A DNA stretch of 32,000 bases from Candidatus Saccharimonadota bacterium (GTDB lineage: Bacteria > Patescibacteriota > Saccharimonadia > Saccharimonadales > Saccharimonadaceae), in the NCBI GenBank assembly GCA_023898645.1, contig CP060232.1, forward strand, positions 570,001-602,000, written 5' to 3'. The translations under genes were made by a program, and so were the position numbers. This document shows, one piece after another, positions 1 to 9,090 of the stretch; the first letter of the stretch is position 1, and every line of letters begins with the position of its first letter. The notes beneath the pieces are model-generated. The model made no database searches. It worked only from the letters and a program-made list of their open reading frames with translations, and was not told the DNA's origin.

Positions 1-600
1 GACCGTATCTGCAGCCGCCGTACTACCGTTGACTGCCACCCATTTGTTATAGGTAATCAATTGGTTACTATACGAACGATACGCACTGGTAAGTCCGATA
101 ACTTCTCCCGATGATGCTGCTGCATCAAGCATCGAAACTAAATGCGAATATATTTTATTACTCACAGGGTAGCCCTGATAGTACACGATGTCGCTTGGTG
201 CGAAATCAATGGGGCTAAAACAGTGCTTTTTGTTTATCAAGACATCAATCTGGTCCGGGTTGCCGTGCGCACCGCTAATTGCACAATTGGGCGTAGCAGC
301 CTGATCATGTTGCGTCTTGAGAGCAGTCTCAGCAGTCGCTTTTGTCTCGGCAGCTTTCCTTGCGGCAGCATCATCCGCCGCTTTTTTATCTGCAGCTGCC
401 TTTTCAGCTATTTTTTTAGATTTTATATCTGCAATCGTTTTATCGAGCTTTGCGAGTTCGGTTTGAGATTTTATTTGCTGCTTGGTGATAAGTTCATTGC
501 CGTAATAGGTAACACCGCTAAATGACCCGGCAAAAAGCAATACAGAAATTAAAATCGAGATATAGAAGATTCGTCTGCTTTTTAGTTTTATTTTGAGCAC
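1..600 (-). CDS. VanY-like D-alanyl-D-alanine carboxypeptidase (peptidase M15B), N-terminal membrane anchor; C-terminus lies beyond window start
   Basis: Manual minus-strand translation from GTG 600: VLKIKLKSRRIFYISILISVLLFAGSF (TM), then an Ala/Lys-rich segment, then DVLINKKHCFSPIDFAPSDIV and SAYRSYSNQLITY, which match VanY motifs (LVNKxxxLxxxYxPxDL, SxYRSYxxQ). The frame is open to nt 1. The ORF track omits it because there is no stop in the window. GTG 606 is an alternative start. Confidence 0.75.
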   Translation of the reverse strand, partial: MLKIKLKSRRIFYISILISVLLFAGSFSGVTYYGNELITKQQIKSQTELAKLDKTIADIKSKKIAEKAAADKKAADDAAARKAAETKATAETALKTQHDQAATPNCAISGAHGNPDQIDVLINKKHCFSPIDFAPSDIVYYQGYPVSNKIYSHLVSMLDAAASSGEVIGLTSAYRSYSNQLITYNKWVAVNGSTAAADTV

Positions 601-607
601 TAGCACT

Positions 608-616
608 ATTGTAACA
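608..616 (-). promoter_or_regulatory. Extended -10 element TGtTACAAT, 7 nt upstream of GTG 600 (leaderless-type arrangement)
   Basis: The reverse complement of 608-616 reads TGTTACAAT. There is no SD between it and the start codon. Confidence 0.4.
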
Positions 617-620
617 AATG

Positions 621-639
621 AAAAAGCCCGCAGGTGGGC
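621..639 (-). terminator. Probable intrinsic terminator of the 688-1224 gene
   Basis: The minus strand reads GCCCACCTGCGGGC (GCCC/GGGC stem) followed by TTTTTCATTT. It lies 49 nt after the stop at 688. Confidence 0.45.
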
Positions 640-687
640 CTACCGAGGTCTCAATCAGAGAAACCCCAGCAGGCCCTACCATGCGAG

Positions 688-1224
688 CTATGATATCGTG
701 GATCCCACACACTCTTTTGCCGACTCTTCCAATAGGGCGAACATGTCGTCGCGAAGAGCGACATACGCGGGAAATCCATAGAAATTATTGCCTATAAACC
801 AAGAACGGGCAAAACTAATGCCTTTTCTGGCTTGCACGTACGTGAGCCACCTGTCAGCAGCCAACATGCGCAATTTTTCGTCGGTTGTCGGTTCGCACTT
901 TAGGTTAAGCCACTGGTCAACGATACAAATGTCGTCAATATTCCCAGACAAAAGCCATATCTGGTGATAACCGATGATGTCACCAAGCCGTCGGATTCGC
1001 TGATACCAAGCGGTCTCCGTGGGGTGAACCAGCTGCTTGCGGCAGAAGCCTATGCTGTCGCAAATTTCTTGCGAATCGCAGGCTATGTCCTCCGGGCAGA
1101 TGAAATCATCCGGCTCTTGATCGTGGCGCTCGGCGCTGGTCGCAAAAGTATGCACGCAGCCCTTGTCTATACACCAGACCGGCGTAGGACAGTTCTCGTT
1201 ACAAGCGCTGAATGGGTGAGTCAT
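688..1224 (-). CDS. Hypothetical protein, 178 aa, Cys-rich N-terminal third (8 Cys in the first 60 residues, including C-x5-C-x5-C-x5-C)
   Basis: The ORF-track 688..1245 was trimmed to ATG 1224 (MTHPFSACNENC...) because AGGAG lies 6 nt upstream. A terminator follows. The antisense ORF 964..1260 has no such signals. I recognise no family. Confidence 0.6.
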   Translation of the reverse strand: MTHPFSACNENCPTPVWCIDKGCVHTFATSAERHDQEPDDFICPEDIACDSQEICDSIGFCRKQLVHPTETAWYQRIRRLGDIIGYHQIWLLSGNIDDICIVDQWLNLKCEPTTDEKLRMLAADRWLTYVQARKGISFARSWFIGNNFYGFPAYVALRDDMFALLEESAKECVGSTIS

Positions 1225-1300
1225 CAGACTGCTCCTAATATGCAATGGAGTGATCCATAATGTGCTTGTTTTGGCCGAATTTGGTCAAGACACGAAAAGT

Positions 1301-1309
1301 ATTTTAGCA
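1301..1309 (-). promoter_or_regulatory. Candidate extended -10 (TGcTAAAAT) for the 688-1224 gene
   Basis: The reverse complement of 1301-1309 is TGCTAAAAT. This gives a leader of about 70 nt to ATG 1224. Confidence 0.3.
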
Positions 1310-1375
1310 TAAAAATTGTTAAGCAATGCTTAGAATATGCCCTCAATTATTAATACTCCAACAGATAAAAGACTC

Positions 1376-1404
1376 TTGACCCACCTCTATTTTTGTGCTA
1401 TATT
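1376..1404 (+). promoter_or_regulatory. Strong sigma70-type promoter of the rplC operon: TTGACC-17 nt-TGcTATATT
   Basis: -35 TTGACC at 1376-1381, 17-nt spacer, TG at 1396-1397, -10 TATATT at 1399-1404. It lies about 115 nt upstream of rplC. Confidence 0.7.
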
Positions 1405-1415
1405 GAATCGGTAAC

Positions 1416-1429
1416 TTATTACGTAATAA
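1416..1429. repeat. Perfect 14-bp palindrome TTATTACGTAATAA at about +6..+19 of the rplC promoter
   Basis: Read directly from the sequence; it is self-complementary. It could be an operator or a 5' RNA hairpin. Function is unknown. Confidence 0.85.
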
Positions 1430-1519
1430 AAACTCGCTTCCGCGTGAATGAGCAAGTCTAAAGGGTAAAACCGACAGATACTACTCGCCACCGGAGGTTT
1501 TAAATGGGAGCAAAGCGCT

Positions 1520-2134
1520 ATGAAAGCACTTCTCGGTACCAAAATTGGTATGACCCAAATCATCAGCAAAGATGGTGTTGCTACTCCAGTAACATTGATT
1601 CAAGCTGGCCCTGTGACTGTGACTCAGGTCAAGTCTGTCGAAACCGACGGCTACAACGCAGTTCAAGTGGCATATGGTGAGGGTAAGAACCTGAGCAAGG
1701 CCGTTGCTGGACACACCAAACCAGCTCAAGTGACCCCGAAGACAATTCGGGAATTTCGCGTTGAAGACCTACCCGAAGATCTGAAAGTCGGTGATGCTAT
1801 CGATGTCAGCCAGTTTGCACTAGGCGACGTCGTAGACGCAACCGGAATCAGCAAGGGCAAAGGCTTCGCCGGAACGGTCAAGCGACACAACTTTAACACC
1901 AGTAAAAAAACGCACGGCGGCAACGGTAACGTGCGTAAACCTGGTTCGATCGGGTCTATGTACCCACAAAAGGTCTTTAAGGGCAAACGTATGGCTGGCC
2001 GCATGGGTCACGACCGCGTAACGGTCAAGAACCTAACCGTCGCCTACGTCGATCAGACTAATAACCTGATTGGGCTCAAGGGTGCCGTACCTGGCCCCAA
2101 CAAAGGCTTGGTGATCATAGGAGGTAAGGCATAA
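1520..2134 (+). CDS. rplC: 50S ribosomal protein uL3
   Basis: MKALLGTKIGMTQI... is a typical L3 N-terminus. Operon context; GGGAG upstream. Confidence 0.97.
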   Translation: MKALLGTKIGMTQIISKDGVATPVTLIQAGPVTVTQVKSVETDGYNAVQVAYGEGKNLSKAVAGHTKPAQVTPKTIREFRVEDLPEDLKVGDAIDVSQFALGDVVDATGISKGKGFAGTVKRHNFNTSKKTHGGNGNVRKPGSIGSMYPQKVFKGKRMAGRMGHDRVTVKNLTVAYVDQTNNLIGLKGAVPGPNKGLVIIGGKA

Positions 2135-2763
2135 TGGCTGAAACTACTAAACCAGCAGCTGCTAAGGCTGCAACCCTGCCAAAAGAAGTATTCAACGTCG
2201 AGGTGACAAACCACGAGTTGCTAAAACTGGCTTACGATTCATACCTAGCAAACAACCGTACTGCAAGCGCTACAACGCTTACTCGCGGTCTAGTTAGCGG
2301 TGGTGGCAAGAAGCCGTGGAAGCAAAAAGGCACCGGCCGCGCTCGCTTCGGTTCGTCTCGTAACCCAATCTGGCGCCATGGTGGTGTCGTGTTTGGTCCT
2401 AGCGGCAACGAAAACTACTCAAAGAAATTGAGTAAAACAAGCAAGCGTGTTGCTCTTCGCCAAGCGTTGACTTTGTCTAACGAGGCTAAAAAAGTAACCG
2501 TACTAGACATCAAGACAACTGGCAAAACTGCTGAAGTTGCAAAGATTCTTGCTTCCCATAAGCTAAACCGTCGCGTATTGATCGTCGTAGAAGCAGCAGA
2601 GAAGTCACCGGAATTGATCCGTGCAACTTCAAACCTACAGGACGTCCGCCTCATTGGTGCGAAATACCTAAGTGTCTACGACATCCTAAATGCCGACCAC
2701 GTAGTACTATCTACTAAATCCGTCCCAGTTATCAAAAACTGGTTGCTACAGGAGGGCGTGTAA
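2134..2763 (+). CDS. rplD: 50S ribosomal protein uL4
   Basis: The KKPWKQKGTGRAR motif. TAATG overlap with the rplC stop. Confidence 0.97.
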   Translation: MAETTKPAAAKAATLPKEVFNVEVTNHELLKLAYDSYLANNRTASATTLTRGLVSGGGKKPWKQKGTGRARFGSSRNPIWRHGGVVFGPSGNENYSKKLSKTSKRVALRQALTLSNEAKKVTVLDIKTTGKTAEVAKILASHKLNRRVLIVVEAAEKSPELIRATSNLQDVRLIGAKYLSVYDILNADHVVLSTKSVPVIKNWLLQEGV

Positions 2764-2764
2764 T

Positions 2765-3091
2765 ATGAGTAACTCAACACAGTTCGTATACCCACGCGCT
2801 ACCGAAAAGGCATATGCTGCAAGTCTAAATAACGTCTACGTATTTAACGTACCTACATCTGCCAACAAAAACGACATCGTAGCTAGCATCGAAGCTCAGT
2901 ACGGCGTCAAAGTTGTCAGCGTGCGCACAGTCGTACAAAGTGGCAAAGCCATCCGCTTTAACCGCGGTAAGCGCCGCTTCCCAGGTACGACTCATCGTAC
3001 AGACACCAAAAAGGCTTACGTAACTCTTGCAAAGGGTGACAGCATCCAAGTCTTTGCCGAGCAAGAGCAGCCTAAGGAGGAGAAGAAGTAA
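2765..3091 (+). CDS. rplW: 50S ribosomal protein uL23 (short acidic/Lys C-terminal tail)
   Basis: Position between L4 and L2; the fold-length core is L23-like. Confidence 0.93.
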   Translation: MSNSTQFVYPRATEKAYAASLNNVYVFNVPTSANKNDIVASIEAQYGVKVVSVRTVVQSGKAIRFNRGKRRFPGTTHRTDTKKAYVTLAKGDSIQVFAEQEQPKEEKK

Positions 3092-3930
3092 TGGCAATTA
3101 AAGCATACAACCCAACTACTCCCGGCCGTCGCGGCATGACTACTCAAGATTTGAGTGACATCACTACTCGCGGCAAGGTCAAAAGCCTCGTTAAGAGCAA
3201 AAAGCAGAATGCCGGCCGTAATAACACCGGTCGCATCACTGTTCGCCATCGTGGTGGCGGCGTTAAACGCCACTACCGTTTGGTTAACCACAACCTTGCA
3301 GCTGGCCTAAAGGTTACTGTCGAGGAAATCGAATACGATCCAAACCGTAGCGCTCGTATTGCCCGTGTTAAAGATCAGCACGGTCTATACCACTACATCT
3401 TGGCCGACACTAGCATGACGAAGGGTAAAGTTATCGAAAGCGGTGCAAAAGCACCAATCGAAAGCAGCAACCGTCTACCACTAAGCGAAATTCCTGTAGG
3501 TAGTCAGATCTACGCGATCGAACTAACCCCAGGCAAGGGCGCTCAAATGGTACGTGCAGCTGGCGCTAAAGCTCAGCTAATGGCTAAAGAGGGCGACCAC
3601 GCCCAAATTCGCCTGCCATCAGGTGAAGTTCGCAGGGTTCGTCTAGAGGCAACCGCTGCAATCGGTGTTGTTGGTAACGTTCAGCATCAAAACATCAAGA
3701 TAGGATCAGCCGGACGTAATCGCCGCAAGGGCATCCGCCCAGGCGTCCGAGGTGTCGTTATGAACGCCGCAGATCACCCACACGGTGGTGGTGACGGTGG
3801 TCGTCATGGTACTGGTAAGGCTCCGCGAACACCATGGGGTCAATTGACACTTGGTTACCGCACTCGCCGACGCAAAGACGTTGCCGGTCTGATAGTTAAA
3901 TCACGCCATGAGGCGAAGAGGAAGAGGTAA
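3091..3930 (+). CDS. rplB: 50S ribosomal protein uL2
   Basis: The motifs GRNNTGRITVRHRGGG and MNAADHPHGGG. Confidence 0.98.
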   Translation: MAIKAYNPTTPGRRGMTTQDLSDITTRGKVKSLVKSKKQNAGRNNTGRITVRHRGGGVKRHYRLVNHNLAAGLKVTVEEIEYDPNRSARIARVKDQHGLYHYILADTSMTKGKVIESGAKAPIESSNRLPLSEIPVGSQIYAIELTPGKGAQMVRAAGAKAQLMAKEGDHAQIRLPSGEVRRVRLEATAAIGVVGNVQHQNIKIGSAGRNRRKGIRPGVRGVVMNAADHPHGGGDGGRHGTGKAPRTPWGQLTLGYRTRRRKDVAGLIVKSRHEAKRKR

Positions 3931-3933
3931 GAC

Positions 3934-4197
3934 ATGAGTCGATCACTTAAAAAAGGTCCATTCATCGATGCCAAGCTGGCTAAAAAAGTAGCCGCTCTGA
4001 GCCTCGATGATCGCACCGTTATCAAAACTTGGGCTCGTTCCAGCACTGTTACTCCTGAAATGGTCGGCCGCACAATCGCCGTACACAACGGCCGCGTGCA
4101 CGTACCTGTAGTCGTTAGCGAAAACATGGTTGGTCACAAGCTCGGTGAATTTAGTCCAACTCGTAAGTTCCGTAAACACGGTGGTAAGGCGAAGTAA
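3934..4197 (+). CDS. rpsS: 30S ribosomal protein uS19
   Basis: [12 protein letters not shown]...HNGR...VGHKLGEF. Confidence 0.97.
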   Translation: MSRSLKKGPFIDAKLAKKVAALSLDDRTVIKTWARSSTVTPEMVGRTIAVHNGRVHVPVVVSENMVGHKLGEFSPTRKFRKHGGKAK

Positions 4198-4198
4198 C

Positions 4199-4600
4199 AT
4201 GGCTGATTCACTAAAAGTACGCGCATATATTAAGGGCGTCGACCAAACTCCCCGCAAGGTAAGCTTGGTCGCAGCGCTTGTACGCAATCGTACAGTTGCA
4301 GATGCACTTGTCATCCTGGAACACGTACCTAAGCGTGCAGCACTCCCTGTAAAGAAAGCTATCGAGAGCGCAAAAGCAAACGCCATGAACAATCATGGTC
4401 TTGATGGCAAAACACTTGTTATTTCTACATTGAGCGTCACGACTGGTCCACGACTTCGCCGATTCAAACCAGCTAGCCGCGGTCGTGCACTGCCATTTGA
4501 AAAGAAAACCAGCCACATTTTGGTCGAAGTATCTGGTACTGAAAAGCCTAAGAAAAAGCCGGTCGCTAAAGTAGCCGACGAGAAGAAAGAGGAGAAATAA
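4199..4600 (+). CDS. rplV: 50S ribosomal protein uL22 with Lys/Glu-rich C-terminal tail
   Basis: The ORF-track 4130 start overlaps rpsS. ATG 4199 (MADSLKVRAYIKG...) sits 1 nt after the rpsS stop and gives the canonical L22 N-terminus. Confidence 0.93.
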   Translation: MADSLKVRAYIKGVDQTPRKVSLVAALVRNRTVADALVILEHVPKRAALPVKKAIESAKANAMNNHGLDGKTLVISTLSVTTGPRLRRFKPASRGRALPFEKKTSHILVEVSGTEKPKKKPVAKVADEKKEEK

Positions 4601-4601
4601 G

Positions 4602-5234
4602 ATGGGACAAAAAGTTAACCCTATCAGCTTCCGCCTGCAAGTCCACAAGAACTGGAGTTCTCGCTGGTTTGCTGGCAAAAAAGACTTCGCTAAATGGCTG
4701 AAGGAAGACATCGAGATCCGCGAACTGATTGAAAAACGGTTTGCTTCTCGTCCAACTATCAGCCGTATAGAAATTGAACGTTCTGCCAACCTCATCACTA
4801 TCACTATTCATACCGCGAAAGCTGGTGTTGTGATCGGTCGTGGCGGCGCAGGCGTTACTGAACTAAAGGCTGCGATTGAAAAGTTGGCTAGCCTGCCAGT
4901 TCGCATCAACATCGAAGAGGTTAAGCGACCTGAACTCGACGCCAAACTGGTTGCCGAGAACATCGCTCGCCAATTGGAGCGCCGCATCAACTTCCGTCGC
5001 GCCATGAAAATGTCTGCTCAGAATACAATGAACGCCGGCGCCAAGGGTATCCGTATCCAAGTTGCCGGTCGTCTGAACAACGCTGAAATGGCCCGCCGCG
5101 AAAAGGTTATCGAAGGTTCAGTACCTCTACATACACTACGCGCTGATATTGATTTCCACTCCGCTCGTGCACTTGCACCTGGCGTTGGAATCATCGGCGT
5201 AAAGGTATGGATTTACAAAGGTGAAAGGAGCTAA
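4602..5234 (+). CDS. rpsC: 30S ribosomal protein uS3
   Basis: [12 protein letters not shown]...; KH domain GRGGAG. Confidence 0.98.
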   Translation: MGQKVNPISFRLQVHKNWSSRWFAGKKDFAKWLKEDIEIRELIEKRFASRPTISRIEIERSANLITITIHTAKAGVVIGRGGAGVTELKAAIEKLASLPVRINIEEVKRPELDAKLVAENIARQLERRINFRRAMKMSAQNTMNAGAKGIRIQVAGRLNNAEMARREKVIEGSVPLHTLRADIDFHSARALAPGVGIIGVKVWIYKGERS

Positions 5235-5239
5235 TCGAT

Positions 5240-5653
5240 ATGTTGATACCAAAGAAAACCAAGTATCGAAAAGTCCGCAAAGGCAAGAACAAGGGTATTG
5301 CAACTCGCGGTCACTACGTCGCCTTTGGTGACTTCGGCCTACAGGCGCAAAGCAACAACGACGTTACCAGTCGCCAGATCGAGTCAGCTCGTCAGGCGAT
5401 GACACGCTACATCAAGCGTGGTGGTAAAATCTGGATTCGCATCTTCCCTCACACTCCACGTACTCGCAAGCCGCAGGACGTGAAAATGGGTAGTGGTAAG
5501 GGTAACCCTGAATTCTTTGCCGCAAAAGTTAAAGCCGGTACTGTCATGTTTGAGATGAAGGGCGTTAACGAAGAAATCGCTCGCGAGGCTATGCGCCTAG
5601 CAAGTCACAAGCTGCCAGTTAAAACAAAGTTCGTAAAGCGAGAGGAGGCGTAA
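5240..5653 (+). CDS. rplP: 50S ribosomal protein uL16
   Basis: [15 protein letters not shown]... is a canonical L16 start. Confidence 0.98.
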   Translation: MLIPKKTKYRKVRKGKNKGIATRGHYVAFGDFGLQAQSNNDVTSRQIESARQAMTRYIKRGGKIWIRIFPHTPRTRKPQDVKMGSGKGNPEFFAAKVKAGTVMFEMKGVNEEIAREAMRLASHKLPVKTKFVKREEA

Positions 5654-5654
5654 T

Positions 5655-5891
5655 ATGGCTGAAAAGACTACTAAAGCGACCAAATCAAGCAAAGCGAAAG
5701 TTGCAGTAGAAGTGAAATCACTTGATCAACTAAAAGCTGAATTGTTAACGAAGCAGAGTGATCACCTGGAAACCCGTCGCAGCCATCGCGCTGGCGAATT
5801 GGTTAACCCACGTGCTATCACGCACAGTCGCAAGGACATCGCACGTCTAAAGACCGCGATCCGCGCGCATGAACTAAAAGGAGATAAGTAA
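5655..5891 (+). CDS. rpmC: 50S ribosomal protein uL29
   Basis: Size and position between L16 and S17; helical Lys-rich protein. Confidence 0.9.
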   Translation: MAEKTTKATKSSKAKVAVEVKSLDQLKAELLTKQSDHLETRRSHRAGELVNPRAITHSRKDIARLKTAIRAHELKGDK

Positions 5892-5892
5892 G

Positions 5893-6219
5893 ATGGTAAA
5901 GACACTCACAGGTATCGTCACATCTGACGTACGCGACAAAACCATCACCGTCACGGTGACAAGCCGCGAGACGCATCCTTTGTATGGCAAGCAGTTTACT
6001 CGTAGCCGTAAATACACGGCTCACGATCAAGAAAACGAAGCCAAGGTCGGCGACAAAGTCACTATTCGTGAAGTTCGTCCAATCAGCAAGACCAAGAGCT
6101 TCACGCTTGACAGTGTTGACCAAAAGTCAAAGGGAAGCGTAGAGCTAAAGGAAGACGTCGCACCAGCTGACGTCGTGAAGGCGAAAAAGGCCGACAAGAC
6201 AGAGGAGGACAAAGGATGA
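5893..6219 (+). CDS. rpsQ: 30S ribosomal protein uS17 with about 30-aa charged C-terminal extension
   Basis: [16 protein letters not shown]...HPLYGK motif. ATGA overlap with rplN. Confidence 0.96.
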   Translation: MVKTLTGIVTSDVRDKTITVTVTSRETHPLYGKQFTRSRKYTAHDQENEAKVGDKVTIREVRPISKTKSFTLDSVDQKSKGSVELKEDVAPADVVKAKKADKTEEDKG

Positions 6220-6584
6220 TTCAACAGCAGTCCCGTCTCAAAGTAACCGACAACAGCGGTGCCAAGGAAATCTTGTGTATCCGTGTTCTCGGTGGTACTC
6301 GTCGCCGTTATGCACGCGTTGGTGACATTATTGTTGCTAGCGTTAAAGAAGCCAACCCGACTGGTCAGGTCAAAAAGAAGTCTGTCATTAAAGCTGTAGT
6401 CGTTCGTACACGAGATACTATTCAGCGCAAAGACGGCAGCACTATCTGTTTTGACGACAACGCAGCCGTTGTCATCGGCGACGACAAGTTGCCACGTGCA
6501 ACTCGTGTATTCGGCCCTGTGCCACGCGAACTTCGCGACCTAGGCTACGCTAAAATCGTCAGCCTGGCACCGGAGGTACTCTAA
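6216..6584 (+). CDS. rplN: 50S ribosomal protein uL14
   Basis: [18 protein letters not shown]... is canonical L14. Confidence 0.98.
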   Translation: MIQQQSRLKVTDNSGAKEILCIRVLGGTRRRYARVGDIIVASVKEANPTGQVKKKSVIKAVVVRTRDTIQRKDGSTICFDDNAAVVIGDDKLPRATRVFGPVPRELRDLGYAKIVSLAPEVL

Positions 6585-6585
6585 T

Positions 6586-6909
6586 ATGGCACAACGAATC
6601 CAAAAAAACGACGTAGTCAAGATCATCAGCGGCGGCGATAAAGGCGTTACCGGCAAGGTAATCGCAGTTTTGCCACAGAAAAATGCCGTGCTTGTTGAAA
6701 ATCTTGGCGTAAAGCATCGCAAAGTTAAGCCAACACAGCTACAGCCAACTGGTGGTCACAAGGATATTCATGTCCCAATTCCACTACACAAGGTTGCGCT
6801 TGTCGTTGACGAAAAGACCGGCAAGACCAGCCGTGTCGGATACAACAAGAACGCCGACGGCGCCAAGGTCCGCCTTGCTCGTCAGGTAAAGAATAAGGAG
6901 ATCAAGTAA
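6586..6909 (+). CDS. rplX: 50S ribosomal protein uL24
   Basis: KOW motif KNDVVKIISGGDKG; operon position. Confidence 0.96.
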   Translation: MAQRIQKNDVVKIISGGDKGVTGKVIAVLPQKNAVLVENLGVKHRKVKPTQLQPTGGHKDIHVPIPLHKVALVVDEKTGKTSRVGYNKNADGAKVRLARQVKNKEIK

Positions 6910-7493
6910 TGGCAGATAAAACTACCGCTACTCCGGCTCCTCGCTTGAAAGCCTTGTACAACAATACGTACGTCAAGGAACTACAGGCCGAATTAAATCT
7001 AGCTAATGTACACCAAGTACCTAAACTAGAAAAAATCACGGTAAGCGTAGGAACGGGCAAGAACAAAGAAAATAAAGCGCATCTTGCAACAGTCAAGACT
7101 ACTCTTACCAAAATCACTGGCCAGATGCCAGTTGAGCGCTTGGCAAAGAAGTCAATCGCGACCTTCAAGATTCGTGCCGGCATGGGCGCACCAGTCGGTG
7201 TTACTGTTACGCTACGCGGCGCTCGTATGTACGAGTTCCTTGACCGCCTTGTCAACGTATCGCTACCACGTGTCCGTGACTTTCACGGCGTTGGTACTAA
7301 GTTCGACAAAAGCGGTAACTACAACCTCGGCCTCACCGATCAGTCTATCTTTACAGAGCTGACTTTCGAAGAAACACAGCTTATACACGGCCTGCAAATT
7401 ACTTTCGTCATTAAAAACGAAAGTGCTGCACATAGCCGCGCTCTGCTCGAGAAATTCGGTATGCCGTTTGAAAAAGAAGGAGGTCGACGTTAA
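6909..7493 (+). CDS. rplE: 50S ribosomal protein uL5
   Basis: PRLKALYNN...LPRVRDFHG motifs. Confidence 0.97.
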   Translation: MADKTTATPAPRLKALYNNTYVKELQAELNLANVHQVPKLEKITVSVGTGKNKENKAHLATVKTTLTKITGQMPVERLAKKSIATFKIRAGMGAPVGVTVTLRGARMYEFLDRLVNVSLPRVRDFHGVGTKFDKSGNYNLGLTDQSIFTELTFEETQLIHGLQITFVIKNESAAHSRALLEKFGMPFEKEGGRR

Positions 7494-7762
7494 TGGCTAA
7501 GAAATCAATGATCGCACGCGACGAAAAACGTAAGAAGATGATTACAAAATTCGCCGAGAAGCGCGCCGAACTTAAAGAACTAGGCGACTTGGACGGTCTA
7601 CAAAAGTTGCCTCGCAACAGTAGCCCGACTCGCTGGAAGAACCGTGACGTACTAAGTGGTCGTCCACGTGGCTACATGCGCCGATTCGGCCTCAGCCGCA
7701 TCAACTTCCGCGAAAAAGCATCAAAGGGTGAAATTCCCGGTATAACAAAGAGTAGCTGGTAG
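7493..7762 (+). CDS. rpsN: 30S ribosomal protein uS14, long Cys-free (zinc-independent) form
   Basis: [15 protein letters not shown]...[12 protein letters not shown]...W. It is 89 aa with no CxxC pairs. Confidence 0.96.
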   Translation: MAKKSMIARDEKRKKMITKFAEKRAELKELGDLDGLQKLPRNSSPTRWKNRDVLSGRPRGYMRRFGLSRINFREKASKGEIPGITKSSW

Positions 7763-7782
7763 AAGGAAAGGAGAAACGATAT

Positions 7783-8184
7783 ATGTCACTACAATCTACA
7801 GACCCAATCGCCGACCTTCTGACCCGCATTAGAAATGCAGCAATGGTTGGCAAAAGCGAAGTTCGCTTACCACACAGCAAAATCAAACAGGTTGTCGCAG
7901 AACAATTAGTAGCTAATAAGTACCTTGCAGACGTCAAGGTAGAAGCTAGTAAACCTCGCGACACATTGGTTGTTACAATCAACAAACCTGGAGAGAACTG
8001 CAACATCAACGAAATTACGCGCCTCAGCAAGCCTGGCCGCCGCGTATACGTTAAAGCAGACGAGATCCCTAAGGTTAAATCAGGCCGCGGCCTCGTGCTC
8101 GTAAGTACATCTAAAGGCGTTATCACTGGCCGCGAAGCTGTCAAACAGCGTCTTGGTGGTGAATTACTGCTGAAGGTATATTAA
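7783..8184 (+). CDS. rpsH: 30S ribosomal protein uS8
   Basis: DPIADLLTRIRNA motif; AAGGAGA upstream. Confidence 0.97.
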   Translation: MSLQSTDPIADLLTRIRNAAMVGKSEVRLPHSKIKQVVAEQLVANKYLADVKVEASKPRDTLVVTINKPGENCNINEITRLSKPGRRVYVKADEIPKVKSGRGLVLVSTSKGVITGREAVKQRLGGELLLKVY

Positions 8185-8199
8185 TAAAGGAGAATAATC

Positions 8200-8733
8200 A
8201 TGAGTCGAATCGGAAAACTACCAATTCAGATCCCATCAGGCGTGACAATCACGGTTGACTCAGATGTTATCACTGTCGTAGGAGGCAAAGGCACCCTGAC
8301 AGTTCCACATCTGAGCGACGTGACGGTTAGTGTCGACGATGGCGTCGCAACTGTTACCCGCAAGGATGACGAACGCATCGCTAAAGCCCAGCATGGTTTG
8401 CAGCGTGCACTACTAAACAACGCAGTCGAAGGCGTAACAAAAGGTTTCGAAAAGAAGCTCGAAGTTAACGGTGTCGGTTTTCGCGTTGGCATGAGTGGCA
8501 CTGCACTAGAAATGCACCTTGGCTTCAGCCACCCTGTTAAATACACACCTCCGCAAGGAGTAAACGTTACTAACGAAAAGATGACTATCATCGTTAGTGG
8601 CATCGACAAACAACAAGTTGGTCAGGTCGCTGCGGAAATCCGCGCGCTAAAGAAACCAGAGCCATACAAGGGCAAGGGTATCAAATATGCCGATGAGCAA
8701 ATTTTGCGTAAGGCAGGAAAGACAGGTAAGTAA
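8200..8733 (+). CDS. rplF: 50S ribosomal protein uL6
   Basis: MSRIGKLPIQIPSGV... is canonical L6. Confidence 0.97.
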   Translation: MSRIGKLPIQIPSGVTITVDSDVITVVGGKGTLTVPHLSDVTVSVDDGVATVTRKDDERIAKAQHGLQRALLNNAVEGVTKGFEKKLEVNGVGFRVGMSGTALEMHLGFSHPVKYTPPQGVNVTNEKMTIIVSGIDKQQVGQVAAEIRALKKPEPYKGKGIKYADEQILRKAGKTGK

Positions 8734-8735
8734 TC

Positions 8736-9089
8736 ATGAGTAATCTTGCAAAGAAACTACTGAACAAAAGCCTGCGCATGAAGCGTGTCCGCGCCAAAGT
8801 AAGCGGCACAGCTGAACGCCCACGCTTGACTGTCACGATCAGCAACAAGCACGTCAGTGCGCAGTTGATCGACGACGTAATCGGCAAAACTCTTGCTGCA
8901 AGCACGACTGTCGGCAGCAAGCAGACAGGCAGCCTGAAAGATCAGGCAGCGTTTGTCGGTACGGATATCGCCAAGAAGGCAAAAAAAGCAAAGATTGAAA
9001 AAGCAGTGTTCGATCGCAACGGCCGCCAGTACGCTGGTCGTCTAGCTGCGCTCGCAGATGCTGCACGTAACGAAGGATTGGAGATTTAG
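8736..9089 (+). CDS. rplR: 50S ribosomal protein uL18
   Basis: RLTVTISNKHVSAQLIDD...FDRNGRQYAGRLAALADAARNEGLE. Confidence 0.97.
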   Translation: MSNLAKKLLNKSLRMKRVRAKVSGTAERPRLTVTISNKHVSAQLIDDVIGKTLAASTTVGSKQTGSLKDQAAFVGTDIAKKAKKAKIEKAVFDRNGRQYAGRLAALADAARNEGLEI

Positions 9090-9090
9090 T

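Noticed and set aside
142-525. 127-aa plus-strand ORF in the track
   Set aside because: It is antisense to the VanY-like frame, which has clear family motifs. The sequence is low-complexity and Cys/Phe-rich with no SD or promoter.
964-1260. 98-aa plus-strand ORF
   Set aside because: It is antisense to the 688-1224 gene, which has an SD, a terminator and a promoter. The plus ORF has none of these.
1493-1520. GGAGG followed by ATG 1503, an out-of-frame ORF of 56 codons overlapping the rplC start
   Set aside because: Its product has no protein-like features, and the ATG 1520 frame gives a canonical L3 N-terminus. It is probably a chance ORF. The GGAGG may still contribute to ribosome loading.
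4130-4198. Longer N-termini offered by the ORF track for rplV (4130), rpsE (9058), infA (13671), chorismate mutase (17829), desaturase (23536), GH57 (28067), MscS (29381), sortase (12254) and the 688-1245 and 22960-23235 ORFs
   Set aside because: In each case the extension overlaps the upstream gene, a terminator or a -10 box. A downstream ATG with an SD, or with leaderless geometry, gives the family-typical N-terminus.
3943-4804. Long minus-strand ORFs across rpsS-rplV-rpsC (149 aa, 197 aa), and similar ones at 7701-8144, 8226-8609, 8854-9429, 6902-7255 and 16620-16943
   Set aside because: They are antisense shadows of highly expressed r-protein genes and have no independent signals.
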